Assembly: GCF_006345805.1 (NCBI RefSeq)
Contig: NC_043017.1
Location: forward strand, 620,001-684,000
Source of the DNA: Octopus sinensis
Lineage: Eukaryota
DNA: 64,000 bases
Direction of reading: 5' to 3'
A program made the position numbers and the translations under genes. Below the pieces are notes generated by a model that saw nothing but the letters and a program-made list of their open reading frames with translations, did no database searches and had not been told where the DNA came from. Shown piece by piece: positions 52,519 to 64,000 of the stretch (its first letter is position 1; each line of letters opens with the position of its first letter).

Positions 52519-53085
52519 TTAAATTTTGGAAACATTTCTGAGGAGGGGAAAAGTCGATTACATCGTCCCCAGTGTTTAACTGGTACTTATTTTATCGAAC
52601 TCGAAAGGATGAAAGGCAATGTGAACCTGGGAGGAATTTGAACTCAAAACGTAAGGACGTAATACCGATCTGCATTTCGACCGGCGTGCTAACGATTCTT
52701 TTCTACTCTAAGCATAAGGCCCGAAATTTTTGGAGGAGGGTGCCAGCCGATTATCGACTCCTGTACGTAACTGATACTTAATTCATTGATCCCTGAAAGG
52801 AAAAATCGACCTCGGTGGAATTCGAACTCAGAACGTAAAGACAGACGAAATACCTATTTCTTTACTGCCCCCAAGGGGCTAAACACAGAGGGGACAAACA
52901 AGGGCAGACAAACGGATTAAGTCGATCATATCGACCCCGGTGCGTAACTGGTACTTATTTAATCGACCTCGAAAGGATGAAAGGCAAAGTCGACCTCGGC
53001 GGAATTTGAACTCAGAACATAGCGGCAGATGAAATACGGCTACGCATTTCGGCCGGCGTGCTAACGATTCTGCCAGCTCGCCGCC
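52519..53085 (-). mobile_element. SINE family A trimer
   Basis: Three TATCGAC..GAAAGGA..GAACTC units. The head unit ends at 53085 and carries the same linker as the dimer at 29497. Confidence 0.85.
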
Positions 53086-53469
53086 TTAACAAACATCAGA
53101 AGTAATAACCATGTGGACTGCGGCAACATAACAAGTGCAATAGAAGCAACATTATCAGTAAGTCCAGAAATACCACCATAAATGATTACAAGACTGTTTA
53201 ATAGCAACAATAGCATCCAGAACCTACAATACTAACAACAACAACAACAGTAAGAATTGCAGAAAAAGCTGCAGCATAAACTGCAAAGTCATGAATAAGA
53301 AGAGCACAAATTGCAACAGGATCAGAGATAGTGGAATTGCAGCATCCAAAGTCAGGCAACATCCGATATGGCGAGTAGAGACTGTTGCTTTTTATCAATG
53401 TAACAGTAAAAAGACACAGCTGCTCCTGACTGTTGGATCGCAAAATCTGTTATAAGTAGGAGACGACAC

Positions 53470-53521
53470 CTCACCACCACCACCACCACCACCACCACCA
53501 CCACCACCACCCACCACCACC

Positions 53522-53588
<67 letters not shown>

Positions 53589-53727
53589 GCAATTAAGGAA
53601 AAAACAAACCAACTGCAGCAGTAAACAGAAAATATTAACTCCGACCTTAGGACACAAATTGAACGATTGCAGACGTGAAACAAGAACAACCACAGCAACA
53701 ATATCAACAATAAAAACAACAACAACA

Positions 53728-53781
<54 letters not shown>

Positions 53782-53806
53782 GCTGATTCTGCTGCTGCTG
53801 CCACTG

Positions 53807-53856
<50 letters not shown>

Positions 53857-54065
53857 GCTACTGCTGATGCTGCTGCAGCTGGCACAACACTACTACCATC
53901 ACCGTCAGCAATATCAACAACTACTACTACAATAACAACAACAACAACAAGAGCAAAAACAACAACAACAACAACTACTACTACTACTACTATTACTACC
54001 GCTGCTGCTGATGTTGCTGCTGCCGCTGCTACAGCCGGCACAACATCACCACCACCACCACCACC
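53470..54065. repeat. Compound (CAC/CAA/CTA/GCT)n tract within a 1.7-kb cryptic CAN-rich region
   Basis: Direct reading. Confidence 0.9.
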
Positions 54066-54808
54066 AACAACTGCTAAGACCTTAACAGCAACAAAAGATG
54101 GAATGGAGGGAGCCGCAGCAGGAATTGCAGGAGACTTCAATGGCAACTGGAAGCCGGAAACTGCGAAGGAGACAAGAGCAACAGATGCAGTAACAGAGAC
54201 AGCATAAGCCGCAAAACTAGTTGCAGGAGATAACTGCAGTGATTGCACATCTTCAACTGCAGCATCAGCAATGCAGTAATATAAAACGGCAGTTGCAGTA
54301 AAAGTAATGGCCGGAAACCAAGATTGCATATCTAAGGTTGCAACATTAGCAATAGTAGCTGCAAGTCTGAGCGTGAACAGAAATGCAGCGAATGCACAAC
54401 AGAAAGGGTTACAGCTAAGACGAGAACAGCACGTGCAGTAAAAAGAAACGACGAGATCTGCATGACAAACTGCAGGGGAAGACTTCAGGAATGCACAGCT
54501 GATATTGCAGCAAGCAACTACAACAAGATCTGCAACAACAACAAGGACACCAAATGCAGCGTTTGTGCAACGGAATCGTCAACAACGATAGCTGCAACTG
54601 CAACACGAAGAATAACTGCAATAATAGAAACTGTGAAAGCTTCAACATTAACAACAGGAAGCATCTTTTACGATTGCACGCCAGAGAGGGCGACGTCGGT
54701 GGTGGTAGATGCATCTGCAACAAAGGCAACAAAATGAGTGATTTCACGTCTGCAACTATAAAATCAAACATGTCTCGCCAAGGAGACAACCTCTACGCTA
54801 GAAATAAC

Positions 54809-54950
54809 AGGAATCGAACCTACAATGTTACCATCATGAATCCAACATCTTAATTACTGAGCCACGCGGATGTCGACCAGAGTAGAATAGTAATTAAAGT
54901 GGGTCTATAGATAAAAAAATGATTAAGGACCACTGATCTAGTACAACCGT
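54809..54950 (+). repeat. 142-bp direct duplicate of 56179-56320 (SINE head + MITE right end + flank)
   Basis: Base-by-base collinear, with few substitutions. Confidence 0.9.
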
Positions 54951-54974
54951 AATATCTAATAACAATGCTAGATA

Positions 54975-55356
54975 TCTCTCTCTATATAAACGGCAGTTTG
55001 TCTGTGTGTGTTTCTGTGTGTCTGTTAGGTTGTACCCTCACCGTGACCACGGCTTTCAACCGATTCTGATGAAACTTGACACACACATAGCCCAATGTCA
55101 TAATTCAAAACTAACGCAGCGAAAATTTTGAAAAGTTCCCCCAGTTCTGAAAATAATCGATAAATTCGACATGGGGTCGAGAATCAGAAACACAAACCAC
55201 AGACTGTCTAGGGAACGCAACTCGACCTTTTTAACTCAAAAAAATTTACCATAATTTTTTTCCCCTTTTTTTTGCTATTTTTTGGCTATAACTCTCTAAA
55301 AATGCTTTATAGTTATTTCCCTTACAAACCCGAGCAACGCCGGGCGATACTGCTAG
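54975..55356 (+). mobile_element. Non-autonomous Helitron (382 bp)
   Basis: Inserted between A54974 and T55357. 5' TC, subterminal hairpin CCCG-A-GC-AAC-GC-CGGG (55329-55344), 3' CTAG. Confidence 0.85.
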
Positions 55357-55486
55357 TAACAGATAAATATTCCCTCGAATTAAATGCTTCTGCATCAATA
55401 GAAACAGGTTCAAAGTACAACTTACATTACTAGCAATTGCAAGAATAGCTATAACACCCCGCATCTAATACAGTGGTTCTTAACCA

Positions 55487-55803
55487 TGGTCCATATAAAC
55501 CCTGGCAGTTCATATAAGATTTCTGGTGGTTTATATAAGATTTCTGGGGTCCATATAAGATTTCTGAGGGACCATATGATATTTCTGGAGGGTCGATCTA
55601 AGATTTCTGGGGAGGGGTCCATATAAGATTTCTGGAGGACCACATAATATTTCGGAGGGGGCAGTCTATCTAAGATTTCTGGGGGTTCATTTAAGATTTC
55701 TGGGGGTTCATTTAAGATTTCTGGGGGACCATATAATATTTCGGAGACGGGGGTTCATTATAATATTTCTGGCGTCCATATAAGATTTCTGGAGGTCCAT
55801 GCA
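55487..55803. repeat. About 21-24 bp minisatellite (GGTCCATATAAGATTTCTGG)n
   Basis: About 13 degenerate head-to-tail units. Confidence 0.9.
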
Positions 55804-56029
55804 AGCATTATAGTACACTGGGTATGTGCTAGTAGCATTCCAAAAGTCCATGAAAAAATGTTGCTTTCGATGTATTCATTACGTGAAACAGTCAGGTTTG
55901 TTTCTCTAATGGTTAACATGTTTCTGACCACTGATTTAGAATTCTGAAAGAAATTTCTATAAAGACAGTGTTTAAGCATCGAATGGCTATGGTGAAGAAA
56001 AAATATAAAAAACGGCAAGATTACCTTCT

Positions 56030-56238
56030 CGAGTCAAGTCAACTCATAAAGGCCGGTTTCCCGGTTTCATGGCGTATACATTCCCCACCTGGACAGGACG
56101 CCGGTCCATCATTTTTACATTACTGGAGCAATGTAAAATGAAGTGTTTTGCAGAAGGACACAACACATCGCCCGGTCCAGGGATCGAACCTACATTCTTA
56201 CAATCATGAATCCAACATCCTAATTACTGAGCCACGCG
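56030..56238 (-). mobile_element. SINE family D nested in the MITE
   Basis: Head CGCGTGGCTCAGTAATTAGG..GTAGGTTCGATCCC; body matches 29097-29323. Confidence 0.8.
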
Positions 56239-56347
56239 GATGTCAACCAGAGTAGAATGGTAATTAAAGTGGGTCTGTAGATAAAAAAATGGTTAAGGAA
56301 CACTGATCTAGTACAACCGTGAACATATGAAATGTCATCCTAAGATA

Positions 56348-56735
56348 CGAGGGTAAGTCAACAACTGTATGCACTCCTGATTCTGAAGTTTATTAAAATA
56401 AAAGCAGATTCTGAACAATTGCATCATTTGTCGACATAGATTCCTTGATTTTCGAAGCATTTCATCCAACGGTTGCGCATCCATTTATGTACCGCTTCCT
56501 GCGCTTCATCGTTCGGTGCAAATCGATGACTCCGTAAAGGATTTTTAATCTGTCTAAAGAGATGCTAATTGGAAGGGGCGAGATCTGCACTGCATCCTTC
56601 ATCATCTCGAAACCCAATTTTTCAATGGTTTCGGCGCCTCTATGTGGGCGTGCATTTTCGTAAAAGAATAACACTTTCTTTGAGAATAGGCCTCGGCGTT
56701 TGGTGCGAATTGCTGGTTCCAGGTGAACGCTGAAG
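56348..56735 (-). mobile_element. mariner 3' fragment with TIR
   Basis: PAIRTKRRG..VLFFYENARPH..ADLAPS..HLF..RF..DEAQEAVHKW..KC..QG.YVDK. TA-CGAGGGTAAGTCAA terminus at 56346. Confidence 0.8.
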
Positions 56736-56888
56736 ACAATGTGGTTAACCTATTGCAACTTTAATAACAGGCAAGAACGAGACCAACCAGTAGCAAAGAC
56801 CAGCTGCTACCACTGCTTCTACTAACACAGCAACTACAATAATAACAACTGCTATTACTACAACTATTACTGCTATTTACTGTTGCCT

Positions 56889-56889
<1 letters not shown>

Positions 56890-56926
<37 letters not shown>

Positions 56927-57041
56927 GCTACTACTAGCACTACTACTTCTCCATTCTATATTGCTACTGTTGCTACTACTACTACTACTACTACTACTAT
57001 AAATAATACTACTATTACTGCTGCTACTGCTGCTGATGTTG

Positions 57042-57080
<39 letters not shown>
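56890..57080. repeat. (CTA)n tract
   Basis: Direct reading. Confidence 0.9.
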
Positions 57081-57081
<1 letters not shown>

Positions 57082-57265
57082 ACGGCAACTTCAATTATGT
57101 GACTACCACAAACTTATAGTACTCAACTGTGCTTGCAGCTAATGCTGTTACTGCATCTGCTGCAACCGGCAATAAACAGCAATATTTGCACATGTAGTAG
57201 TAGTAGTAGTGGTGGTGGTGGTGGTTTTGTTAGTGGTGATGGACTTGTAGGTGGTGTGTGGCGGT

Positions 57266-57393
57266 GGTTTCGGTGGTGCTGGTGGTGGTAGTGGTAGTGG
57301 TTTCGGTGGTGCGGGTGGTGGTAGTGGTAGTGGTTTCGGTGGTGCTGCTGGTGGTAGAGGTAGTGGTTTCGGTGGTGCTGCTGGTGGTAGTGG
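57266..57393 (+). repeat. 33-bp minisatellite x4 (reads [11 protein letters not shown])
   Basis: GGTTTC starts at 57266, 57299, 57332 and 57365. Confidence 0.9.
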
Positions 57394-57566
57394 CAACATT
57401 ATGATGAAAATGGATGTAAACAAGAAGGCACTTGGTGCACGATGCTGTTCAGCAATCTGCAGTGTACGATGCAGACACCGACGTGCACCAGCAACACGCC
57501 TTCAACTACAAGGCACATACATGCACACAGACACATCAATGTTGGCTGTGTGCGTGTGTGTGAATA

Positions 57567-57607
<41 letters not shown>

Positions 57608-57671
57608 GCCTTTCTGTCTGTCTGCCTGTTTGTCTGTCAGTCTATGTGTATATACATATATAAACATACAT

Positions 57672-57706
<35 letters not shown>

Positions 57707-57867
57707 CATGTATATATATGCACATACATACATACATACATACATTTATATAAGCATATATATAAACATACATACATACATATATATGTATATCTATACA
57801 TATATAAATGTATATATGTGTGTGAGTGTATGTGCGAGAGAAATACATATATCTATATATATATATG

Positions 57868-60630
57868 TCCTTCTCACTTGATGCCAAGGACATATTTTCC
57901 AATGGCTATTGTGAATCTGTATCACTATTCAGCAAAGCCAAGGACATAGTCATTGTTGGTCTTTACAGGCCTCCCCAAGCACCTTTAAAGTGCTTTGAAG
58001 AGTGCCTTAGCAAAGTCAAGTCCTTCCTTCGGAAGTACCACTCCGGAAACATACTAGTGATGGGTGATTTTAACCTCCCTCATGTGAACTGGCTCACAAA
58101 TACTCTAAAGTTAGTCAAGTGCTCTACATCAGATAGAGCAGCAGCGGAACTGCTCTTTAATCTGATGGATGAATACTTCCTGACTCAGCTTGTGCTCGAA
58201 CCAACGAGACAGAATAAAACTATCTTGGATCTGGTATTGACCAATCACTCTAGCTTCGTTCACAGTATTTCAGTTGAAAAAACTCTCCTCTCAGATCACG
58301 ACATGGTACTCTGCAATTTCAATTCCCGACATATAAAAACCAAACCAGCCAATCCCACTCCATGGCACTCATTTGATAACATAAACTTCCACAAAGCGGA
58401 CTGGGGAGCAATCAGAAAGGATCTGTCTTTCATCGACTGGTCTTTTACTCTCAATTCCACCCATATTGAGACCGCATGGCAGCACTTGAAAACATTGTCA
58501 CATATACATGCTCTAAACCGCTCCCACGAAATCTACTAACACAAACAGAAAATCGGCTCCCTAAAAAGAAGAAAACACTCATCAGGCGCATCAAAAGACT
58601 TAACAAAAAAATCAACCAATTAAAATATTCCCACAAACAACATCCACGTTCAACAACAATAAAAGGCTAGAGCTGGAAAAACTTCATCTGCAGAACGACA
58701 TGAAAACCTCCATTGAAAATCAAAGAGCTGCGGAGGAACAGTGGGTAATCAAAAACATCAAACAGAACCCAAAGTGTTCTATTCCTATGCAATAAGCATA
58801 GAACCACTGTCTCACCCATTGGCCATTGATTGATGCTAACGGCATTCCCCAACACGATGCTAAAGAAATGGCAGAAATACTGCAGAAACAATACTGCTCT
58901 GTCTTTAGTGTTCCCACTGATATTGACGTAAGAGAAGCGAACGAAGTTGACTCCCAACACAAAATTGCAGACATAACCTTCACTCCCACTGACATCGTAG
59001 CAGCAATAAATGAGGTCAAATACTAATCTCCTGTAGGCCCTGATAGATTCCCCGCTAGTCTCCTGAAGGAATGTAAACACCAACTTGCAGTCCCACTGAC
59101 CAACCTCTGGAGAAATTCGTTAGATGCAGGTTATATACCGAAAAAGTTTCTATCCCAGTCAGTCATCCCGGTTTTCAAACAGGGAAACAGATCCCTCGCA
59201 CTCAACTATCGCCCAATCTCACTCACCTCCCACATCATCAAAGTGTTTGAAAGAGTGTTAAGATCAAGGATGGCTGACTTCCTGGAGAACCAGAAACTCC
59301 TAAATGCAAATCAGCATGGCTTTCGCTGTGGCAGGGACTGTCTAACACAGCTCTTACACCACATTGAAGATGTACTCAAAGCCTTGGGAACAGGTTTGGA
59401 CTCTGATGTCATATATCTTGACTTCAGTAAAGCGTTCGACAGGGTAGACCATAATATCCTACTCTCAAAATTGGCAAATGTTGGAATCCGTGGAAAAGTT
59501 CTACACTGGATCAAGTATTTCCTGGCGAATAGAACACATGTAGTTGATGGAGTCCACTCAAGCCCAGCAAAAGTCACCAGCGGTGTCCCCCATAATCTAC
59601 ATAAACGACATTTCCAGTGGTGTAAATTACTGCAAAGTGAAAATATTTGCTGATGACACCAAGCTCCAGCAAATCGTCAATGAAGAAGCAGACCGAACTC
59701 AACTCCAGTCTGATCTATATGCTGTGAGTCAATGGGCAGACAGAAACAAAATGCAACTGAACGAGGGAAAATTTGAGCTGATGCATTTTGGAAGAAACTC
59801 CTCACTAAAACAGCCATACTCTCTTCCTTCAGGGGAACCGCTCACAGCCTCTAACAATATCAGAGACCTGGGTGTAATTGTTGATGACGATCTCAGTTGG
59901 AGTGCACACATCAACAAGAAGGTCGATATAGCTCGTAGGATGAGTTCCTGGATCTTAAGAACTTTCCGGTCCAGAGAACAAGGTGTCATCATACCACTTT
60001 TTTCCTCCTTTGTACGGCCACACCTTGAATACTGCTGCCCTCTGTGGTCTCCTCACACAATACAAAACATCTCCAGAATTGAGTCACCCCAGATGGCACT
60101 CACTAAACGAATTGAAGGCATGGCTGCTCTCGATTTTGGGATTGCCTTAAAGCCTTGAAACTTTACTCCTCCCAGCGTCGCCGTGAGCGGTACATCATTT
60201 GTACGATGTGGAAAATATACCGCCAACTATGCCCAAACGACCTAAACATTAGCTTCAGGTTCATCCAAGACTTGGACCACGGGCTATACGTCCCCTGCCC
60301 AATTCAAGATCACAACATACATGTACACTGCAACATAATTTCTTTTCCTCAACAGGCCCTGCCCTATTTAACATTGTCCGAGAGAGATCAAAGAGGAAAA
60401 GGATCGCATCAATTTAAACAGACTCTGGATAGATTCCTTCAAAGAATACCAGATAAGCCACCCATAATTGGATACAACTCACCCAACAAGAACTCACTAC
60501 TTGAACAAAACTTGACTTAAACAAAACTTGACTTAAACAGGATTCGAATAATCCTATCAGGTGGTGCTATTAAGTTAGACATGGCCTGGACCAATCTCTG
60601 GTCGAAACATATCTAAGTTTATCTAAGTTT
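57868..60630 (+). mobile_element. CR1/L2-group LINE ORF2 (APE + RT), near full-length pseudogene
   Basis: APE motifs GLYRPP, MGDFNLP, DLVLT, SDHD. RT motifs GPD, NYRPISLTS, QHGF, YLDFSKAFD, FADD (59646-59657), RPHLEYCC.LWSPH. Multiple stops and frameshifts. 3' UTR ends in ATCTAAGTTT x2 before (TA)n. Confidence 0.92.
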
Positions 60631-60633
60631 ATA

Positions 60634-61015
<382 letters not shown>

Positions 61016-61377
61016 ACAAGAGGAGATATAGAGATAGAAAGATAGATAGACAGAGAGAGAGAGGGAGAGAGAGACAGAGATTGTTGCGAGCTTCATTGGA
61101 TTGGTGGAAGACGCTGTGCAATGCAATTTTCCGTGCAATCTTCGAAGTTACCCAGAGCAGAAAGCTTCTTGGATGGAAATTGCATGTGGAAACGTATGCG
61201 CAGATATCATGGACATCGTTTTGGACATTGTTACTGTGTCCATTCACGATGTTTGAACTTATACGAAATTGCAGCATTCTGAGTGAATGTGTGTGTATGT
61301 GTGTGTGTGTGTGTGTGCTAAAAAGCATGTGTCTGTGTGCTGTGTGTGTACACTAATATTTATCTCTATTTATCTGA

Positions 61378-61412
<35 letters not shown>

Positions 61413-61417
<5 letters not shown>

Positions 61418-61734
61418 AAATATTAGGGAATAAATCCAAACTTACAGGGAGAAATCAGATTTAGGATTGAATCCAATTTTATAGTAAAATATAATAATTA
61501 TATTAAATTAGAGATCAAACCACTATTAGGCAAATCATACAATGAAAAACTTAAGCCATACATAAGATTAATTAATTATATTATTTAAATATATTCAAAA
61601 TTATTAAAAAAATTGTGTTATATAATTATCTTTTTTATAATTTTTTATATATTTAAATATATAAATTAATTAATCTTATGTATTGGATTAAGTTTTTCAT
61701 TGTATGATTTGCCTAATAGTCTTTTTATCTCTAA

Positions 61735-61740
<6 letters not shown>
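61413..61740 (-). mobile_element. Second fold-back element of the same PLE-tail family in (TA)n
   Basis: Tail AATATTAGGGAATAAATCCAAA..TTTTATAGTAAAAT matches 43641-43715. Inverted arms about 61502-61594 and 61647-61740. Confidence 0.78.
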
Positions 61741-61816
<76 letters not shown>

Positions 61817-62049
61817 ACATAAAAATTAACATACTGATAGCAAATTAGGATAATAAACAAGGTGTCGGTTTTGGCATCATTACATACAATGTCATCTAAT
61901 TTCTTTCTAGCACCCCTCTATACTCGAACACTATCTTTCTGATCATATCCAGAGAATTGCATGAGCTGCATGAAGTTCTGTATAAGTCTTTTTCGTTTCA
62001 TAGGGTTTGCATATTAATGTACACACACAACACACAGACACACGCTTTT

Positions 62050-62098
<49 letters not shown>

Positions 62099-62181
62099 AC
62101 ATAATGGCTTCAAGCTAATCCAACATATAAATTTCGTCTACTTCCCGATGTATGAATATGCTTTTTCAACTTCTTTCCTAT

Positions 62182-62480
62182 GGTCCATGGCGTAGTGGTC
62201 AGCTGGTTCGCTTGTGCTCGTACACTCGTGGATTCGATTCCCGGCTGGGCTGCGCGTTGTTTCAGTTCACTCAGCCATGAATGAATTCCTACAATACATT
62301 GGAAGTCGACCTTGCATTCGACAGGCACCTCGTTCACGGATAGATGGGTGTGTGTGCTCCCAGTCTCTTCTGGGTCATGGACAGCAATTTAATCTTCAGC
62401 GTTGTGCGTCCTAGGGACCTAGACACGTGGCAAATGTTGATGTCTTGGAAAGATCAGGGACCAGAATACATCACAATATT
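62182..62480 (+). mobile_element. tRNA-derived SINE (distinct family)
   Basis: A box TGGCGTAGTGG (62188-62198), B-box-like GGATTCGATTCC (62230-62241), then GTTCACTCAGCCATGAATGA. Confidence 0.65.
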
Positions 62481-62617
62481 ACTTGTAAAAACGATAGATT
62501 TCGTTGCTGCTATTTACTACCACGTTCGTTTCATGGCCATCTCTTCGGTTTTATTTATTTATATATTTATTTATTTATTCGTTTGTTATGATTTATCTTT
62601 TATTTGTTTCCGTCATT

Positions 62618-62784
62618 AAACGGATTAAGTCGATTATATCGACCCCAGTGCGTAACTGGTACTTCATTTATCGACCCCCGAAAGGATGAAAGGCAAAGTC
62701 GACCTCGGTGGAATTTAAACTCAGAACGTAGCGGCAGACGAAATGTCCCTAAGCATTTCGCCCGGCATGCTAACGATTCTGCCA
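62618..62784 (-). mobile_element. SINE family A
   Basis: Near-consensus unit with the start of the linker (AAACGGATTAAGTCG). Confidence 0.88.
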
Positions 62785-63078
62785 AGTTGTTGACTTATCG
62801 ATTGTCCGTTTATTATATTAAGGCAGGAAGATCGTCGGGGATAGCTAAAAGTATGCTTGAGGGTGGCATGCGGCCCTGGGAGCCGCGGGTGAGAAACCGC
62901 TGGTATATAATGAAGAAGAGTTGGTGTTTCATAAGTCAAGGTGTAGGACGACTGCCTGTGAATAATGATTTAAATGTAGTGTTTAATCAATCAATATGTG
63001 TAACAATGCAGAGAAGGTATTTCATCTGTCAGTGTCAGTCAAAGCCTTAGAGGATGAATTAAGTATAATGAAGGAGAT

Positions 63079-63307
63079 CAGTGGTCGGCAACCGAGTTTT
63101 CAGATTTTACTGTAAAAATTTATGAGTTATAAAATGGTTATCTACAATGCACAGAATATTTCAACGATTTATTAAATATAATTCCTAATAATATTGAATT
63201 ACAAATATATAATAGGACTTTTTTTAAACAGCCAGTGTCCATGGGGATCGAGCAGAGTAAATCGGAATCAGAAACTTACATAGATAAAATACGGTCGAGA
63301 ACCACTG
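63079..63307. mobile_element. Possible hAT-type MITE
   Basis: Ends CAGTGGTCGGCAACC and GGTCGAGAACCACTG; no TSD match. Confidence 0.4.
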
Positions 63308-64000
63308 CTATGGAGAATGTGTTTCTCCAAATAAGGAATTGGAGACGCATTCTACTCAATAAGATTACATTATTTTGTTGTGTCTAGAGAGAGTCATTAG
63401 GTCAATATTAATAACATAAAAGGTTGTGGATGGCAACTAATGAAATTTGACGAAAAAACAAAAAGAAATCATAACAATAAACGATCGACTGTTTAACCAA
63501 CAAGTTAAACAAACGATCGATTTGTTAGTTGGATATTTAAACGTTTGATTCATAACAAAGGAGTGGAATTGAACCAGTGTGTGTGTGATATTAACATTGG
63601 TGTAATGACTCTCCCTAGGCCCAACAAAATTTGTTTCAACGCACGAATTCACTTAAAATATCTTGCATACGAAATACAGAAACGAAGATTGCTTAACAAA
63701 AACACATACGACAAACCATTTTACATCCGTTAAAATACTTGACTATTCCAAGTTCAAAATACCAAGCAGAATAGCTGAAGAAAACAAAACAAAAGCAAAG
63801 AAAAAAATTAAAAAATTAAAAAAGAAAAGGACAAAATTTACCCCATGATCATGAAATGTAAACTTTGTTTTCTCCTACGATATCTCCAGATTTAATCGCC
63901 ATCGAATACACATAAGCACGTGCACACACGCTCACGCAGAGGCACGCACGCACATGCACACACTCACACACATATATGCATACACACGTATATAAAGACA

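Larger units (their letters stand above)
55471..56305 (+). mobile_element. hAT MITE with 8-bp TSD, internal minisatellite and nested SINE
   Basis: TIRs CAGTGGTTCTTAACC and GGTTAAGGAACACTG. Flanks ATCTAATA and ATCTAGTA (7/8 identical). Confidence 0.78.

Noticed and set aside
53352-54329. 325-aa Val/Ala-rich minus ORF, the longest in the track
   Set aside because: It is the antisense reading of CAA/CTA/GCA triplet arrays.
55487-55803. CRISPR-like appearance of regular 21-24 bp repeats
   Set aside because: The units are contiguous without unique spacers, lie inside a MITE, and there are no cas genes in this eukaryotic context.
62182-62260. tRNA gene calls at A/B-box sites (also 27180, 29323, 34466)
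   Set aside because: No complete cloverleaf or T-run terminator; the boxes continue into SINE bodies present in several copies.
62860-62902. hAT MITE right end (GAGAAACCGCTG)
   Set aside because: Only a short terminal fragment with no matching left end or TSD; not listed as a feature.

Overview
AT-rich animal genomic DNA, most likely an octopus (coleoid cephalopod). The species call is inferred from the very heavy microsatellite load and the tRNA-derived SINE families. It is not prokaryotic: no operons, CRISPR array, rRNA or true tRNA genes. No intact protein-coding gene was found, and most of the supplied ORFs are read-throughs of simple repeats. The window is a dense retro/DNA-transposon graveyard. 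It holds two Penelope-like elements (PLEs) with GIY-YIG remnants, three R4/Dong-like RLE LINE copies sitting in (TAA)n arrays, three short RLE 3' fragments, a CR1/L2-group LINE, a Tx1-like fragment and RTE fragments. DNA transposons are a Chapaev3-like element, a maT/Tc1-like and two mariner relics, a pogo/Tigger-like relic, a non-autonomous Helitron and hAT MITEs. About 20 SINE copies of at least four families are present. The most interesting signals are minimal hammerhead ribozymes. One lies in a near-perfect 143-bp fold-back (43720-44040) with a complete hammerhead on each strand. Another lies just downstream of a CCAAT/TATA promoter in the 3' part of a PLE (5269-5313). A second fold-back element (61413-61740) has its inversion boundary at the homologous position. 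Possible host signals are one candidate minus-strand exon (39177-39358), a promoter-like motif cluster (about 23400-23550) and a locally repeated 170-bp element. Coordinates were read by eye; TE ends may be off by some tens of bases.
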